A stretch of 64,000 bases of DNA from Candidatus Dojkabacteria bacterium. GTDB taxonomy: Bacteria; Patescibacteriota; Dojkabacteria; J137. Both the position numbers and the translations under genes were made by a program. The stretch covers positions 19,725-83,724 of the forward strand of contig JBGSZB010000016.1 in NCBI GenBank assembly GCA_041750555.1, in the 5' to 3' direction. A model generated the notes under the pieces. That model had not been told where the DNA came from and ran no database searches. It saw nothing but the letters and a program-made list of their open reading frames with translations. Shown here piece by piece: positions 1 to 10,654 of this stretch; position 1 is the stretch's first letter; each line of letters opens with the position of its first letter.

Positions 1-46
1 TGTTTCAATTCTAATTAGGTTTTGCATAAATTAACATATTATTAGG

Positions 47-688
47 CTAGATATCATTTATAAGAGTCTTTATTAAAAGTTCTATCTGATTAGGGCTTTT
101 TACATATACACCTTTAAATCCATAGTGCTCAGCTGGAATAATATCTTTACCTACTTCATCACCAACTGAGTACTTCTCGAAATCCTTATGCTCTAAAGCA
201 ATCTTTTTAAAAATCTCTTCCTTGTTATTAAAATCATTTGCTGTATAGATTTCATAAAAAACATCCTTAATATTTAGCCTATCTAGTACTTTTTCAGCCC
301 ATACTAGAGGAGAATAAGTTAAAAGAATTAATTTAAAATCTTTGCTTTTTAAGTTGTAAAGAAAATTAATAATAGATTCCTCTCTTTTTACATATTTATT
401 TACGTCAATTTGTCCGAAAGCTTCGTGAAAAAAGTCCTCTTTTTTAACACCGTATTTACTCACATAATACTCAAAATATACTTGATATTCTTTTGATTCA
501 GCATGTTTTATTATCTTCAAAATCTTTCGCCTTGAAATTTTTCTCTTCTCTCTTGCTAAAATAAATTTATGAATATTTGATTTTACTTCAAGATGATAGT
601 AACTATTATAGAATTGATTAACTCCTTTACTATGTTTATATGAGTAAAGTGTACCATCCATGTCAAAAATTAAAATCCTTTTGTTCAT
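47..688 (-). CDS. HAD-family hydrolase (pyrimidine 5'-nucleotidase-like)
   Basis: N-terminal IFDMDGTL (HAD motif I), LLTYS (motif II), VGDEVGKDI (motif IV). Confidence 0.85.
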   Translation of the reverse strand: MNKRILIFDMDGTLYSYKHSKGVNQFYNSYYHLEVKSNIHKFILAREKRKISRRKILKIIKHAESKEYQVYFEYYVSKYGVKKEDFFHEAFGQIDVNKYVKREESIINFLYNLKSKDFKLILLTYSPLVWAEKVLDRLNIKDVFYEIYTANDFNNKEEIFKKIALEHKDFEKYSVGDEVGKDIIPAEHYGFKGVYVKSPNQIELLIKTLINDI

Positions 689-861
689 TGTATATTTAAA
701 TATTATAGTAAAAACATAATGGCCACTTTTTTATTATGTAATCATGTAAATTAATACCTGTTTTGGAACTATAAAAGAATTCAATCAAGATCTGTGGTTG
801 ATTACTACTGGTTAACCTTATGATTAACTCATGGCTCAGTAACCTAAGTATCATTTCAGTA

Positions 862-1449
862 CTAATTTAAATATAAATACTTTCTTGTTCTTTCAATTAT
901 GCTTTCATAGGGGAAAGAGTCTATAACATTGAGACCTAGCTTCTTTGCCTGCTTTGAAATTCTTAAAGCATTCTGAAATTCAAATTCTAAAATCTTATCG
1001 AGCATTATTTTATCATTTGGAATATCTCGAGCTCTTTTTAAGTGATTCTTCTTGTATTCGTCAAACAAATCAATGTTTAAGAATACTTCATAGATATTAC
1101 TGTATTTCTTTTTCAGCTCAACAACAAAGAGAGGGTCAATATCTACACCTTCTATAACAATAGATTCATTGATTACTTGGTGATGAGCGATTATTATCTT
1201 TAAGCCTTTAGATACTTGACTGGCAATCTTTGCATGGGTTTTAACTAGATTTTCTACAGAAGAATTCAAGACAAATTCACTGTCTCGTAATCTATTAATT
1301 TTTCGTTTACTAGAGGAGATTGACTGCATTGCGATTCTTACATCATCAGCATAAATCCTAAGCAGCTTATACTCCTCTGAAAAATATTTTGCAAGTGTTG
1401 ACTTTCCTACTCCACTTCCTCCCCCAATCAGTATTATATAATTTTTCAT
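862..1449 (-). CDS. P-loop kinase, 2-phosphoglycerate kinase-like/AAA family
   Basis: Walker A GGSGVGKST; DDVR and SIVIEG motifs typical of 2-PGK-like kinases. Confidence 0.7.
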   Translation of the reverse strand: MKNYIILIGGGSGVGKSTLAKYFSEEYKLLRIYADDVRIAMQSISSSKRKINRLRDSEFVLNSSVENLVKTHAKIASQVSKGLKIIIAHHQVINESIVIEGVDIDPLFVVELKKKYSNIYEVFLNIDLFDEYKKNHLKRARDIPNDKIMLDKILEFEFQNALRISKQAKKLGLNVIDSFPYESIIERTRKYLYLN

Positions 1450-1541
1450 AGATCAGATTATATCAAGTTTAATAAATATATTGGACACTTTATAGGTTTT
1501 TTTTCTAGGTAGTTTATATCAAAGTTAAGAATGTATAACAA

Positions 1542-1555
1542 TGTATTGTAATACA
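1542..1555. promoter_or_regulatory. Palindromic candidate operator TGTATTGTAATACA (copy 1 of 3)
   Basis: Intergenic inverted repeat; near-identical copies at 35770-35783 and 45547-45560. Confidence 0.5.
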
Positions 1556-1829
1556 AAATACTGTGTTTTTATGAAGATCAGAGATCTACTTAAACTAAAA
1601 GATTGGATAGAGTAGAATCACAATAAAACTTAGGGCGATAAGTATTTTATGATAAAGATATATGTAACATTGTTCCTATATATAATCCGCTTGTGGGTTC
1701 AAGAACAGGTTTAACAACTGACCCCATCTTAGAATCACATTATTCCCTATTTAATTAAACTCATTCAAATATTGTATTTCAACAAAATTATTTGTAGAAT
1801 CAGCTATAATTCACTAGGTATTATCAAAC

Positions 1830-2420
1830 ATGCAACAAACAGAAAAACAAATATCTAAAAAAATGCTTTTAATCATAGGAGGTGTATTAATACCTGTACT
1901 ATTAGTTATAGTTTTCCTTTTAGCATCTTTTTTTAATAATCTACCTGAATCAAAAAATGAAGTTCAAAATAACAATACTGTTTCATACCCTGTAGAAGAT
2001 AGTTCAACTCAAATAGAAAAAGGCCCTAGTGATTCTAACCTACCATTTGTAATAGATAGCCTAAAGGAAATTGATAATTTTGAATTCGCATACCACAAAA
2101 CTATTGGGAAAAAGGAATATATTTACCTTCAAAAAGGTAGAAATAATCCTGAATTAATCACTGAAGGAATAAGTCCATTAATATCTCCAGACCATACTCA
2201 ACTTGCTTATATAAAACTCAAGGAAGGAGTAGAAAGACCTTATGATACTTTTAACTACGATGGCGGTGATTTATATGTTTTAGATTTAAAAAATAATACT
2301 GAAAAACTTATTCAATATCATTCATTACTTACACAACCTGTTTTATGGTCAGATGATAGCAAGTATCTTGTCGTTGACACCAACTATACAATTCTCGTGG
2401 CTCTTGTAATTGAGTCTTAA
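1830..2420 (+). CDS. Membrane-anchored protein with TolB/PD40-like propeller repeats, probably C-terminally truncated
   Basis: N-terminal TM helix; ISPDHTQLAYI and WSDDSKYLVV repeats; only about 2-3 blades before the stop. Confidence 0.6.
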   Translation: MQQTEKQISKKMLLIIGGVLIPVLLVIVFLLASFFNNLPESKNEVQNNNTVSYPVEDSSTQIEKGPSDSNLPFVIDSLKEIDNFEFAYHKTIGKKEYIYLQKGRNNPELITEGISPLISPDHTQLAYIKLKEGVERPYDTFNYDGGDLYVLDLKNNTEKLIQYHSLLTQPVLWSDDSKYLVVDTNYTILVALVIES

Positions 2421-2421
2421 A

Positions 2422-2847
2422 CTATAAAAACAAGGTTAGTGTAAAACTCATTAATAAATAAACAACAAAGCTATATGCTGTATTTAATAAAAAAAGTTTT
2501 TTACTAGATCTTTCAAAAATTACTGGATTAAATAGTGTTGTAATAACAAAAGTTAATGTAATCATAAAGCTAGTTGCAATTGCATTAGGAAATTTATCTA
2601 AACCTGATAACATTAAAGAATATTGTAGTACAGAGTTAATTCCGGTTGTTATTAATAATGCATTAATTATGGTAAACAAAATCTCTTTATTACTCATGTG
2701 ATTTAAACCTTCTCTTCTATTTACTAACTTTCTCCATGTGTTTCCAAAAAGATATGGTGAATACCAAAACATTCCTATTACAATATTTACTATAGCGGTA
2801 ACAATTATAGCTAAGATATTTACATTAACGTTAAATACTTCAAACAT
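2422..2847 (-). CDS. DUF1761-family membrane protein
   Basis: IGMFWYSPYLFGNTW signature, four TM segments. Confidence 0.8.
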   Translation of the reverse strand: MFEVFNVNVNILAIIVTAIVNIVIGMFWYSPYLFGNTWRKLVNRREGLNHMSNKEILFTIINALLITTGINSVLQYSLMLSGLDKFPNAIATSFMITLTFVITTLFNPVIFERSSKKLFLLNTAYSFVVYLLMSFTLTLFL

Positions 2848-2960
2848 ATTTTATTGATAATAAATAAGATTAAATAATTATACATAATTATTAACTCATA
2901 AGTATGGACATCACCTTGAAAAAAATATATATTTGTTAGTAAGTATTTTAAAAGATAATT

Positions 2961-5900
2961 ATGCCAAAAGGACACATAAAGATTGGTAAGTATAAAATCC
3001 ATCATCATCATTTGTTGATGTTTGTTATTATATCCTCCCTTGTGATAATTGGTGTATTAGCTTCTAAAGGCGTGTTCTTATTAAACGCAGCAACTTCTCC
3101 TTGGAATCAAACAGATTGGAGTGCTGGAGTTGGAGGATCTACTACAGATCAATTTGCTTCATCTACAAATATAGATTTTACAAATTCCGGTGAAATAGCT
3201 CTTGAAAAATCAAGTGCATTAGATTGGTACAATACAAGTTGGTTACATAGAAGAAAGATAGTTTTTAATAATACTGATGCAAATATTGGTGTAACCTCTC
3301 AAGCACTTGTAGATTTTTCATTTCCTGTTAAATTTACTGATGGAGTTAATATAGATTATGCTAAAACACAAAATGCAGGTCAAGATATTAGATTTACTGA
3401 TTGTGATGGAACTACAGAACTAAGTTACCAAATAGAAAAGTGGGATGAACTGGGAGAATCATTAGTTTGGGTAAAAGTTCCACAAATTGATCAAAATTCA
3501 AGTACAGATTGTATATACACTTATTATAATAATGTTGCAGCTACAGATGGACAGGGAGTAACAAGTAATGTTTGGAGTGATAATTACAAGCTTGTATATC
3601 ATATGAATGAAGCAGAAACTGTCCAAGCTACAGATTCATCCCCTAAGGGCAATAATATTGCAGCAAGTGGAACTCCAAATCAACCTAAATCTGCTACAGG
3701 TCAACTATCATTGGGTAGACTTACAGGTAGAGACGAAACAACAGGGAACAACACAAGAGGATTCTCAAACTTTAATACTTTAGACTTTGATCTAGAGGGA
3801 AAAACTAGCTTTACTGTTTCTCTTTGGTTAAACAGACAGAATGACTTTAGTACAGCTACAGGAGAGATCATCTACTTCGCTGGTAATACTGGCGGTGGAA
3901 CATCAGGACAAAGAGATATTTATCTGTCATTAGTTAATGGTACTATGGGTTCACCAGGTATAAGTACTAATTACTTTGTACCTAAAAATACTTGGGTGAA
4001 GTTTACTATTAGTTATGATAGTCCTAATAACCTAATGTATTTGTATGGAAATAATGAGCTCGTATCTACAACTACATATTCAACTGTAAATTTTTCACCC
4101 CTTGGGTTTAACGTAAACAGACTAGGGGTAAGATTTAATGGAACACAAAGATTTGGTGCTTACCTTGATGAAGTAAGAATAATCGCTGAGCACAGAACAA
4201 GAGCTGAATTAAATGCAGAGTACTTGGCAGAGACCAGTGGATTTACATCATATCAAGCTGAAGTTGGTTACTATAAAACAAGCGCAACACTTTTATCTAA
4301 TATATTTGATACAGAGCAAAAGAGTGATTGGGGTAATATAACATATACAGTTTCAGGTAGCGGATTAACCCTTAAAGCAAGAAGTGGTGCACAAGCTAAC
4401 CTAAGTGATGCTGATAATTTTAATACTTGTGATGCTATAACATCAGGTACAGATTTAACAGATAATGATTGTGTATATGATTCTGATAGATATATACAAT
4501 ATCAGGTTGATTTAACTTCAGATGGAGGAACAACGCCTGTATTAACTGATGTATCACTAGTATTTAGTCCAAGTGAATTAACTGATCCAGATGTGAATGC
4601 AACAAGTGTAGAAATATCAGGTGTAAGTGAAGGCGATTGGATAAACTATGAACCTACATTTACTTGGGATGATGCAACAGATAATTTGGGAGGTAGTGGA
4701 ATTTTAGGATATTGTTTAGCATTAGAAGAGGCAACAATTGAAAGTCCAACGAACTTAGATCCAGAAATAACATCTGGAGTTTTAGGTAGCGATAATTTAA
4801 GATGGGGATTCTGTCCATATATAGTTACAACTACTTCCCTTGATGTATCTGCAGTTACAGGATTAGATTTAACATCAAATAAACAATACTATTTATCTGT
4901 AAGAGCTATAGATAATTCAGGTAATATTTTTGATAGTGGAGATGTAAATGATTACCGAAATCTCTTTTCATTTAAACATGATAACGTACCACCAACTAAT
5001 CCTACATATGTTAGTTTACCTGGTAACTTTGTATCTTCTAAAGATGTAACACTAACTTGGCCTGTAGCCTCAGGTGGAGCAGATGATGATGCATCACTTG
5101 TTGCAGGTCTTCAATACAAGATTGGAGATAGTGGAACATGGATGGGAGACTTACACCTAGGTACAGAAGATCTAACTGACTTATTAAATAATGATGGAAG
5201 TTATACAACTGATGTTACAACTGATTATCCTGTTATTTTAGATGGATTAAATAACTTATATTTAAGAACACTTGATAATGCAGGAAATATTAGTAGCAGT
5301 AACTTAAGTGCTGTTTTAAAAATAAATACTAATGCACCATCAGAACCACAAAATCTAACTGTTTCAGAAACACCTCGTACTGAGAATGATTATTCATTTT
5401 CATGGGAACCACCTGCTACATTTACTGGAAGTGTTAATGGAATTACATATTGTTATACCATTAATGAGTTACCTTCCCTTAGTACTTGTAACTATACATC
5501 TCCTGGAAGTTTAAGTTTAGCTAGCGATGCATACGCTAATCAACCAGGAAACAATGTTTTTCGTATTGCCGCAAGAGATGAGGCTTTTAATATTAATTAC
5601 AGTGTATTTACTTCAGTTAACTTTGAATATACAGGAGATGCTCCAGGAATGCCACAAAACTTAAGCATTGCTGATGTATCCATAAAAGATCAAAGTGATT
5701 GGAGATTAGTTGTTTCTTGGATTGAACCTAGTAGTTTAGGAGCAGGAGTATCTAACTACAAAGTATATAGAAGTACAACTGAAGCTACATGTTCTAGTAA
5801 TCCTGGTGCATTTAGCGAAGTTGGAACAACTACAAGTCCATCAAAAATATTTTCAGATACGGGTTTAACCCAACAAACTTACTATTACTGTGTTAAAGCT

Positions 5901-7196
5901 TGTGATAACGCTAATAACTGTGGGGCATATTCTTCAACTGTTAATCTATTACCTACAGGAAAGTTTACAGTTCCAGCGTCTCTAATAACAGAACCAAGTG
6001 TCTCAGCTGTTAGTACTCAAAAAGCAGTTATTAACTGGGTAACAGAGAGAGCATCTGATTCTAGAATTGAATACGGATTATCTAGTGGTCAATATTTTGA
6101 TGAAGAAGTTGGATCATCAGCTCAGGTAAGCGCACATACTGTAACACTAAACAATCTAACTGCAGGAACAACATATTACTTTAGAGCTAAATGGAGTGAT
6201 GAAGATGGTAATACAGGTATTAGCGAAGAAAAAACATTTGTAACTTCCCCACCACCTCAACTTATTGAAGTTAGTTCAAGTTCTGTAACTGTAAGTTCAG
6301 CACTTATTCAATTTACAAGTTCAAGTGCATATAAAGCAATAGTATTCTATGGCAAATCAACTAGTTTTGGATCAAGTCAGGAGATTAATATATCACCTAA
6401 CCAATCAACATATACAATATCTCTAACAGAGTTAGATGATGAAACTAAATATTACTATACAATATCTCTAATTGATTTAGAGGGAGTTACTTACCCTGGT
6501 GATACATATTCATTAACTACACTTGCAAAACCTAGAGTCGAAAATATAACAATTGAAGAACAAAAAGATACTGCTAGTCCAACCGTAAGTGTTGTATGGA
6601 CTACAAATGTTAATACAACTTCAATACTTGCATATAGGGAAGAAGGATCTAGTGATGATGAACTTCAAGTTATAAATATTGATCCAACAACAGAGCACTC
6701 ACTTGAAATTGTTGGATTAAAACCTACAACTAATTATGAATTAAGAGTTAGAGGTGTAGATGGATTTGGTAACATAGCAGAATCTAGTTTGTTTAAATTT
6801 ACAACTGCAACAGATAATAGAGCACCTTTAATATCAAATGTAATAGTAGAAAGTAATATAGTTAATAATTCAGCTAGTGGAGAAAGTAGAGCACAATTAA
6901 TAGTTTCTTGGGAGACTGATGAACCATCAACCAGTTTAGTTGCATTTGGAGAAGGTTCTATAGGAGCTTACACACAAACATCACAATCTGATTTAAACTT
7001 TAAACAAAAACATGTAATTATAATTAACGATTTAAATTTCTCAACTGTATATAGTTTACAAATACAAACTAGGGATCAAGCTGATAATGAGAGAAAGGGT
7101 AGTAACTTTATTGCTATTACTCCTAATAAAACAGAGAATGCCCTAGATTTAGTTATAATAAATCTTAGAGATATATTTGGTTTCTTAAATTTCTAG
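2961..7196 (+). CDS. Large surface protein: DUF2341 + LamG-like + multiple fibronectin type III domains
   Basis: N-terminal TM; GQDIRFTD...YQIEKW...VWVKVP (DUF2341); YLDEVRI (LamG); repeated FN3 motifs such as LTAGTTYYFR and GLKPTTNYELRV. Confidence 0.8.
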   Translation: MPKGHIKIGKYKIHHHHLLMFVIISSLVIIGVLASKGVFLLNAATSPWNQTDWSAGVGGSTTDQFASSTNIDFTNSGEIALEKSSALDWYNTSWLHRRKIVFNNTDANIGVTSQALVDFSFPVKFTDGVNIDYAKTQNAGQDIRFTDCDGTTELSYQIEKWDELGESLVWVKVPQIDQNSSTDCIYTYYNNVAATDGQGVTSNVWSDNYKLVYHMNEAETVQATDSSPKGNNIAASGTPNQPKSATGQLSLGRLTGRDETTGNNTRGFSNFNTLDFDLEGKTSFTVSLWLNRQNDFSTATGEIIYFAGNTGGGTSGQRDIYLSLVNGTMGSPGISTNYFVPKNTWVKFTISYDSPNNLMYLYGNNELVSTTTYSTVNFSPLGFNVNRLGVRFNGTQRFGAYLDEVRIIAEHRTRAELNAEYLAETSGFTSYQAEVGYYKTSATLLSNIFDTEQKSDWGNITYTVSGSGLTLKARSGAQANLSDADNFNTCDAITSGTDLTDNDCVYDSDRYIQYQVDLTSDGGTTPVLTDVSLVFSPSELTDPDVNATSVEISGVSEGDWINYEPTFTWDDATDNLGGSGILGYCLALEEATIESPTNLDPEITSGVLGSDNLRWGFCPYIVTTTSLDVSAVTGLDLTSNKQYYLSVRAIDNSGNIFDSGDVNDYRNLFSFKHDNVPPTNPTYVSLPGNFVSSKDVTLTWPVASGGADDDASLVAGLQYKIGDSGTWMGDLHLGTEDLTDLLNNDGSYTTDVTTDYPVILDGLNNLYLRTLDNAGNISSSNLSAVLKINTNAPSEPQNLTVSETPRTENDYSFSWEPPATFTGSVNGITYCYTINELPSLSTCNYTSPGSLSLASDAYANQPGNNVFRIAARDEAFNINYSVFTSVNFEYTGDAPGMPQNLSIADVSIKDQSDWRLVVSWIEPSSLGAGVSNYKVYRSTTEATCSSNPGAFSEVGTTTSPSKIFSDTGLTQQTYYYCVKACDNANNCGAYSSTVNLLPTGKFTVPASLITEPSVSAVSTQKAVINWVTERASDSRIEYGLSSGQYFDEEVGSSAQVSAHTVTLNNLTAGTTYYFRAKWSDEDGNTGISEEKTFVTSPPPQLIEVSSSSVTVSSALIQFTSSSAYKAIVFYGKSTSFGSSQEINISPNQSTYTISLTELDDETKYYYTISLIDLEGVTYPGDTYSLTTLAKPRVENITIEEQKDTASPTVSVVWTTNVNTTSILAYREEGSSDDELQVINIDPTTEHSLEIVGLKPTTNYELRVRGVDGFGNIAESSLFKFTTATDNRAPLISNVIVESNIVNNSASGESRAQLIVSWETDEPSTSLVAFGEGSIGAYTQTSQSDLNFKQKHVIIINDLNFSTVYSLQIQTRDQADNERKGSNFIAITPNKTENALDLVIINLRDIFGFLNF

Positions 7197-7200
7197 ATAT

Positions 7201-7914
7201 ATGAAAGATAAAGAATATACTCTTAAATCATCAATAATTTCTGATTTAGATGGTAAATATGGTTATCCAATAGATGAGGATGGGGTATATAAAGTAAGTG
7301 TAACTGCTTCAGGATATAAGCCTTATGAAAAGTTTTTAAACTTATCTCGTGGTAATGAATTAATTGAAGAAGTTGCCCTTACTAAAGTTAATGATATATC
7401 AAGTGTTGCTAATGATCTAGATAAAATTAAAAAATATCAAATGTTAGAGGCTGTTAAGATTATTAACGTCTTAGTATTTCTTTTAATAACTCTAGGCTTT
7501 TTATTTAATTTATACAATGTAGCAAGTAGTCCAACATTATTTAATTTAATAGTATTTGTAATATATTCATTAATAATGATGGTTAATATATATCTATTTA
7601 TTAAAAAGAATAAATCTACTTCTAAAGCTAGAATTATTGATCAGAATAAAAACCCAGTATCTTCAGCAGTTGTTAAAGTATATAGCGATAATAAACAGGT
7701 TGGAGTATATGTAACAAATGGTAGTGGTGAATTTAAAGCTAAACTACCATCAGGAGAGTATAAGATAATGATTAGTAAAACTGGAATTGTATTGGGAGAT
7801 AGAATGTATAAAGTATTTGTTAACCGCGATGGCTATATCGTTGACGATGTAGTAATAGAAACTAAATTCCCTAACTTTGATAAAGATAACTTGGTAGTTA
7901 ACCCTTTCTCTTAA
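7201..7914 (+). CDS. Membrane protein with carboxypeptidase-regulatory-like (prealbumin-fold) domains
   Basis: SDLDGKY...GVYKVSVTASGY and TNGSGEF...PSGEYKIMISK repeats flanking two TM helices. Confidence 0.65.
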   Translation: MKDKEYTLKSSIISDLDGKYGYPIDEDGVYKVSVTASGYKPYEKFLNLSRGNELIEEVALTKVNDISSVANDLDKIKKYQMLEAVKIINVLVFLLITLGFLFNLYNVASSPTLFNLIVFVIYSLIMMVNIYLFIKKNKSTSKARIIDQNKNPVSSAVVKVYSDNKQVGVYVTNGSGEFKAKLPSGEYKIMISKTGIVLGDRMYKVFVNRDGYIVDDVVIETKFPNFDKDNLVVNPFS

Positions 7915-8632
7915 GATAACTTGTATAAACCCCTGAGAATATAAAGGCTGTAATAATAGCTACACAAATTAATGCAGTGTAAAGAATTACTAATACATCT
8001 GAGAATTTAACTGCTATTCCTACACTTGCCCATACAATTACCAGGGCATACGCGTAATCTCTAGACTTATACATTGCATAAATAGCTAGAAGCATTGCTA
8101 CAACTATTAATAATGCACTCCAGACTGATCCACTTAAAACTAAAGATTCTATTCCAAAGTAGTTTAAAAATACTGTTACATTAGCAACTGTTGCTACTGT
8201 AATCCAACCTAAATATATTGAGAAGGGTATTTTTACAAAGATATTAAAGTTTCTAGTTGTTGATTTTAAACTATATATACTTGTATATATTTTAATTAAT
8301 ACTAGAAGTAGAGCAAGCATTATAGGTAGAGTTGATGGTATAAAATTATAGTGCCAAAGAATAATCCATAAGCTATTTAATAGACCAGCTAATACTACAT
8401 ACCAAGAAATCTCTTTAAACACTTTATAGTTATTTCTTAACTGATATATTGCAAAAGCTATTAAACCTAAATATATTACTCCCCAGATAGAAAACACATA
8501 ACCTGCGGGAACAAAAAATACACTAAATGAATCTGAAACTTCTGCTGTAGTTACTCCGTTATACGGAATAATATTTGCAAGTAGGTTAATAACTATAGTC
8601 ACAACAACTGATAGGGCAACCACAATTTTCAT
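7898..8632 (-). CDS. TspO/MBR-like tryptophan-rich sensory membrane protein
   Basis: PAGYVFSIWGVIY and PFSIYLGWITVA motifs. Confidence 0.8.
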   Translation of the reverse strand: MKIVVALSVVVTIVINLLANIIPYNGVTTAEVSDSFSVFFVPAGYVFSIWGVIYLGLIAFAIYQLRNNYKVFKEISWYVVLAGLLNSLWIILWHYNFIPSTLPIMLALLLVLIKIYTSIYSLKSTTRNFNIFVKIPFSIYLGWITVATVANVTVFLNYFGIESLVLSGSVWSALLIVVAMLLAIYAMYKSRDYAYALVIVWASVGIAVKFSDVLVILYTALICVAIITAFIFSGVYTSYLKRKG

Positions 8633-8743
8633 ATTTTTTATATAACTACATTAGTCTAAAACTATTTAATAAAGAATTCCAGTATATTTAATATATTTAT
8701 ATATATCTAATTAAATGTACTTAATTTTGATATAATCACATAT

Positions 8744-8818
8744 GCGCCTGTAGCCTAATGGATAGGGCACTTGTCTTCGGAACAAGGTTATGTGGGGGTT
8801 CGACTCCCTCCAGGCGTA
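8744..8818 (+). tRNA. tRNA-Arg(TCG), CCA not encoded
   Basis: Acceptor GCGCCTG/CAGGCGT; anticodon arm CTTGT-CTTCGGA-ACAAG; T-loop GTTCGAC. Confidence 0.93.
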
Positions 8819-8826
8819 AATACTTC

Positions 8827-8855
8827 TTGTAAATTAAGAGTTCATATATTACAAT
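8827..8855 (+). promoter_or_regulatory. Sigma70-type promoter of the 8875 orphan
   Basis: TTGTAA-17 nt-TACAAT. Confidence 0.55.
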
Positions 8856-8874
8856 TCCAAGCTTAAATATAGTT

Positions 8875-10209
8875 ATGAAGGACAATAAATTATCAGGTGA
8901 ACCTACGTCAAGACCAGTAGAAATGGTTTTTGTAAGTGATGGCGGATTACTAGGTAATGAAATTACGTACTTAGCTCAATTTGGAGATATAAATATAATC
9001 TCTGAAGAATTTATGCTTAATGAAGTTAGAGCAGCAATTTTTTCTGAGCTTATTAAAACTTGGTCTCTTTTAAGATTTAGAGGAATAACCCCATACTTTA
9101 GTATATTTGATGCATACAGTATTGCATCTACCTTAGAAGAGGAAAAACTAATGGAATATGTAAGAGATGTTGATGATATACGGTCGGCAAGGTTAGCGAA
9201 TGGCCTAAGAGAGGAAAGCGCAAATAGCGATTTAGATATGTTGGCAGGAGATATCTGTAAAAGAATATTTTTTATTGTTGATAAGATTGACCCATATACA
9301 GGAGAAATTACCCAAGTAGTTCAATTAAAAAAGACAGATATGTTTAAAGCTAGAGATTTAGTTAAAGCTAAAGAAAGAACATTAAAAAAAGCTAAGGGTG
9401 GAATGCAGGACTATGACCTTGAATTAATAGGAAGGATAAAAAAGTTAAGTACTATTCTAGATAAACTTCCTCATATACTACTAAATACAATAATACTTCC
9501 ATTAACTCAAGAGGAAAGTGACGCTATTAAAAATATAGGGAGATCAATTCAACTACATTATGATACATTGAATTGTTCTCGAGGGATTGTAAAGAATTTT
9601 GAAGAAGCTTCAATTGAATTTGATACTAATGTTTTAGAATGGATAAGAATATCAAAAGGTAGAATTGAAAGAATAAATGAAATATTAGCAGGTTTACCTG
9701 TGGGAAACACACTAGTTTCATCAGGTTCTTCTGCAATATACCAATTTGCAGAGTATATAAAAGTAGAAAATGTAAATTTTGGCGTTAAGCATGCAAAAGT
9801 ATATGCCCCATTTCAATATTTAGTTAACCTACAAATATCAATAGATAGAGGTGATATGTACGAGAACGTTAATATTATTAAAAACAGGCTATATCTTTCC
9901 CACTATCTATATGGAGCTTTAATTGCTGAACATAGTTTAGGTAACCAAGACGCTGCAGAAATATCTATAGCTTTAATAAATTCACTATCAGATGAGCAAA
10001 TTAATAAATTAATAAGTGAGTTTAATAATGATAAACAGAGAAGAGGATTAACTAAGTTAATGGTTACGCTTTTTGGAAATGATTATGATATAGGTTCAAG
10101 AAGTATATTAAAAAGAACCTGGGGTAATAACTTTGGTCATATACCTGAGGTGATTATTAATACAGAAGTAGTTGAGAATGCAAGAGATATTAATACTGCT
10201 GAAGCTTAA
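8875..10209 (+). CDS. Orphan hypothetical protein, C-terminus ...TAEA
   Basis: 444-codon ORF with its own promoter; no recognisable family. Confidence 0.75.
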   Translation: MKDNKLSGEPTSRPVEMVFVSDGGLLGNEITYLAQFGDINIISEEFMLNEVRAAIFSELIKTWSLLRFRGITPYFSIFDAYSIASTLEEEKLMEYVRDVDDIRSARLANGLREESANSDLDMLAGDICKRIFFIVDKIDPYTGEITQVVQLKKTDMFKARDLVKAKERTLKKAKGGMQDYDLELIGRIKKLSTILDKLPHILLNTIILPLTQEESDAIKNIGRSIQLHYDTLNCSRGIVKNFEEASIEFDTNVLEWIRISKGRIERINEILAGLPVGNTLVSSGSSAIYQFAEYIKVENVNFGVKHAKVYAPFQYLVNLQISIDRGDMYENVNIIKNRLYLSHYLYGALIAEHSLGNQDAAEISIALINSLSDEQINKLISEFNNDKQRRGLTKLMVTLFGNDYDIGSRSILKRTWGNNFGHIPEVIINTEVVENARDINTAEA

Positions 10210-10646
10210 TCTTTAGAGTATCTTCTATTAAGTAATGTTACTACAATAATAGCTAGAAATGCTAAGAAAGATAGTAATGGTATTGTTACAAAACCTAATA
10301 CTTCAAAATCAATTTGAGTACATGAAATACCATCTCCACAAGCTAAGAATTGAGTTCCAATAGAAAACTTTTGAACAATATAATGATATCCTGAAAATAA
10401 TAGTCCTGGAATACAAAGAGCAATAATATATTTAAAATTTAATTTATCTTTAAAAGATATAGCTACACTACTTAGAATAAATAGTGAATACATAAATATT
10501 CTTTGATACCAACATAAGTTACAGGGAGGTAATTTAACAACTTCACTAAAGTATAAACTTCCAAAAGTAGATACAAATGTTAAAAGGAATATAATATTTA
10601 GGCTGTTATCTCCTAAAAACTTTAGTAATTTATTAATAATCTTCAC
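10206..10646 (-). CDS. dsbB: Disulfide bond formation protein B (DsbB/BdbC)
   Basis: PCNLCWYQRIFMY motif, second Cys pair, TIPLLS. Confidence 0.9.
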   Translation of the reverse strand: MKIINKLLKFLGDNSLNIIFLLTFVSTFGSLYFSEVVKLPPCNLCWYQRIFMYSLFILSSVAISFKDKLNFKYIIALCIPGLLFSGYHYIVQKFSIGTQFLACGDGISCTQIDFEVLGFVTIPLLSFLAFLAIIVVTLLNRRYSKD

Positions 10647-10654
10647 AAGGTAAA

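Noticed and set aside
696-854. 52-codon - strand ORF and weak nested stem (TACTG...ATGA-TTAAC-TCAT...CAGTA) between the kinase and HAD genes
   Set aside because: No protein motif, the ORF runs over the likely HAD promoter, and the stem is short, AT-rich and matches no riboswitch I recognise.
3000-3011. HHHH run at the N-terminus of the large surface protein
   Set aside because: Only four CAT repeats, too short to argue for phase variation or metal binding.
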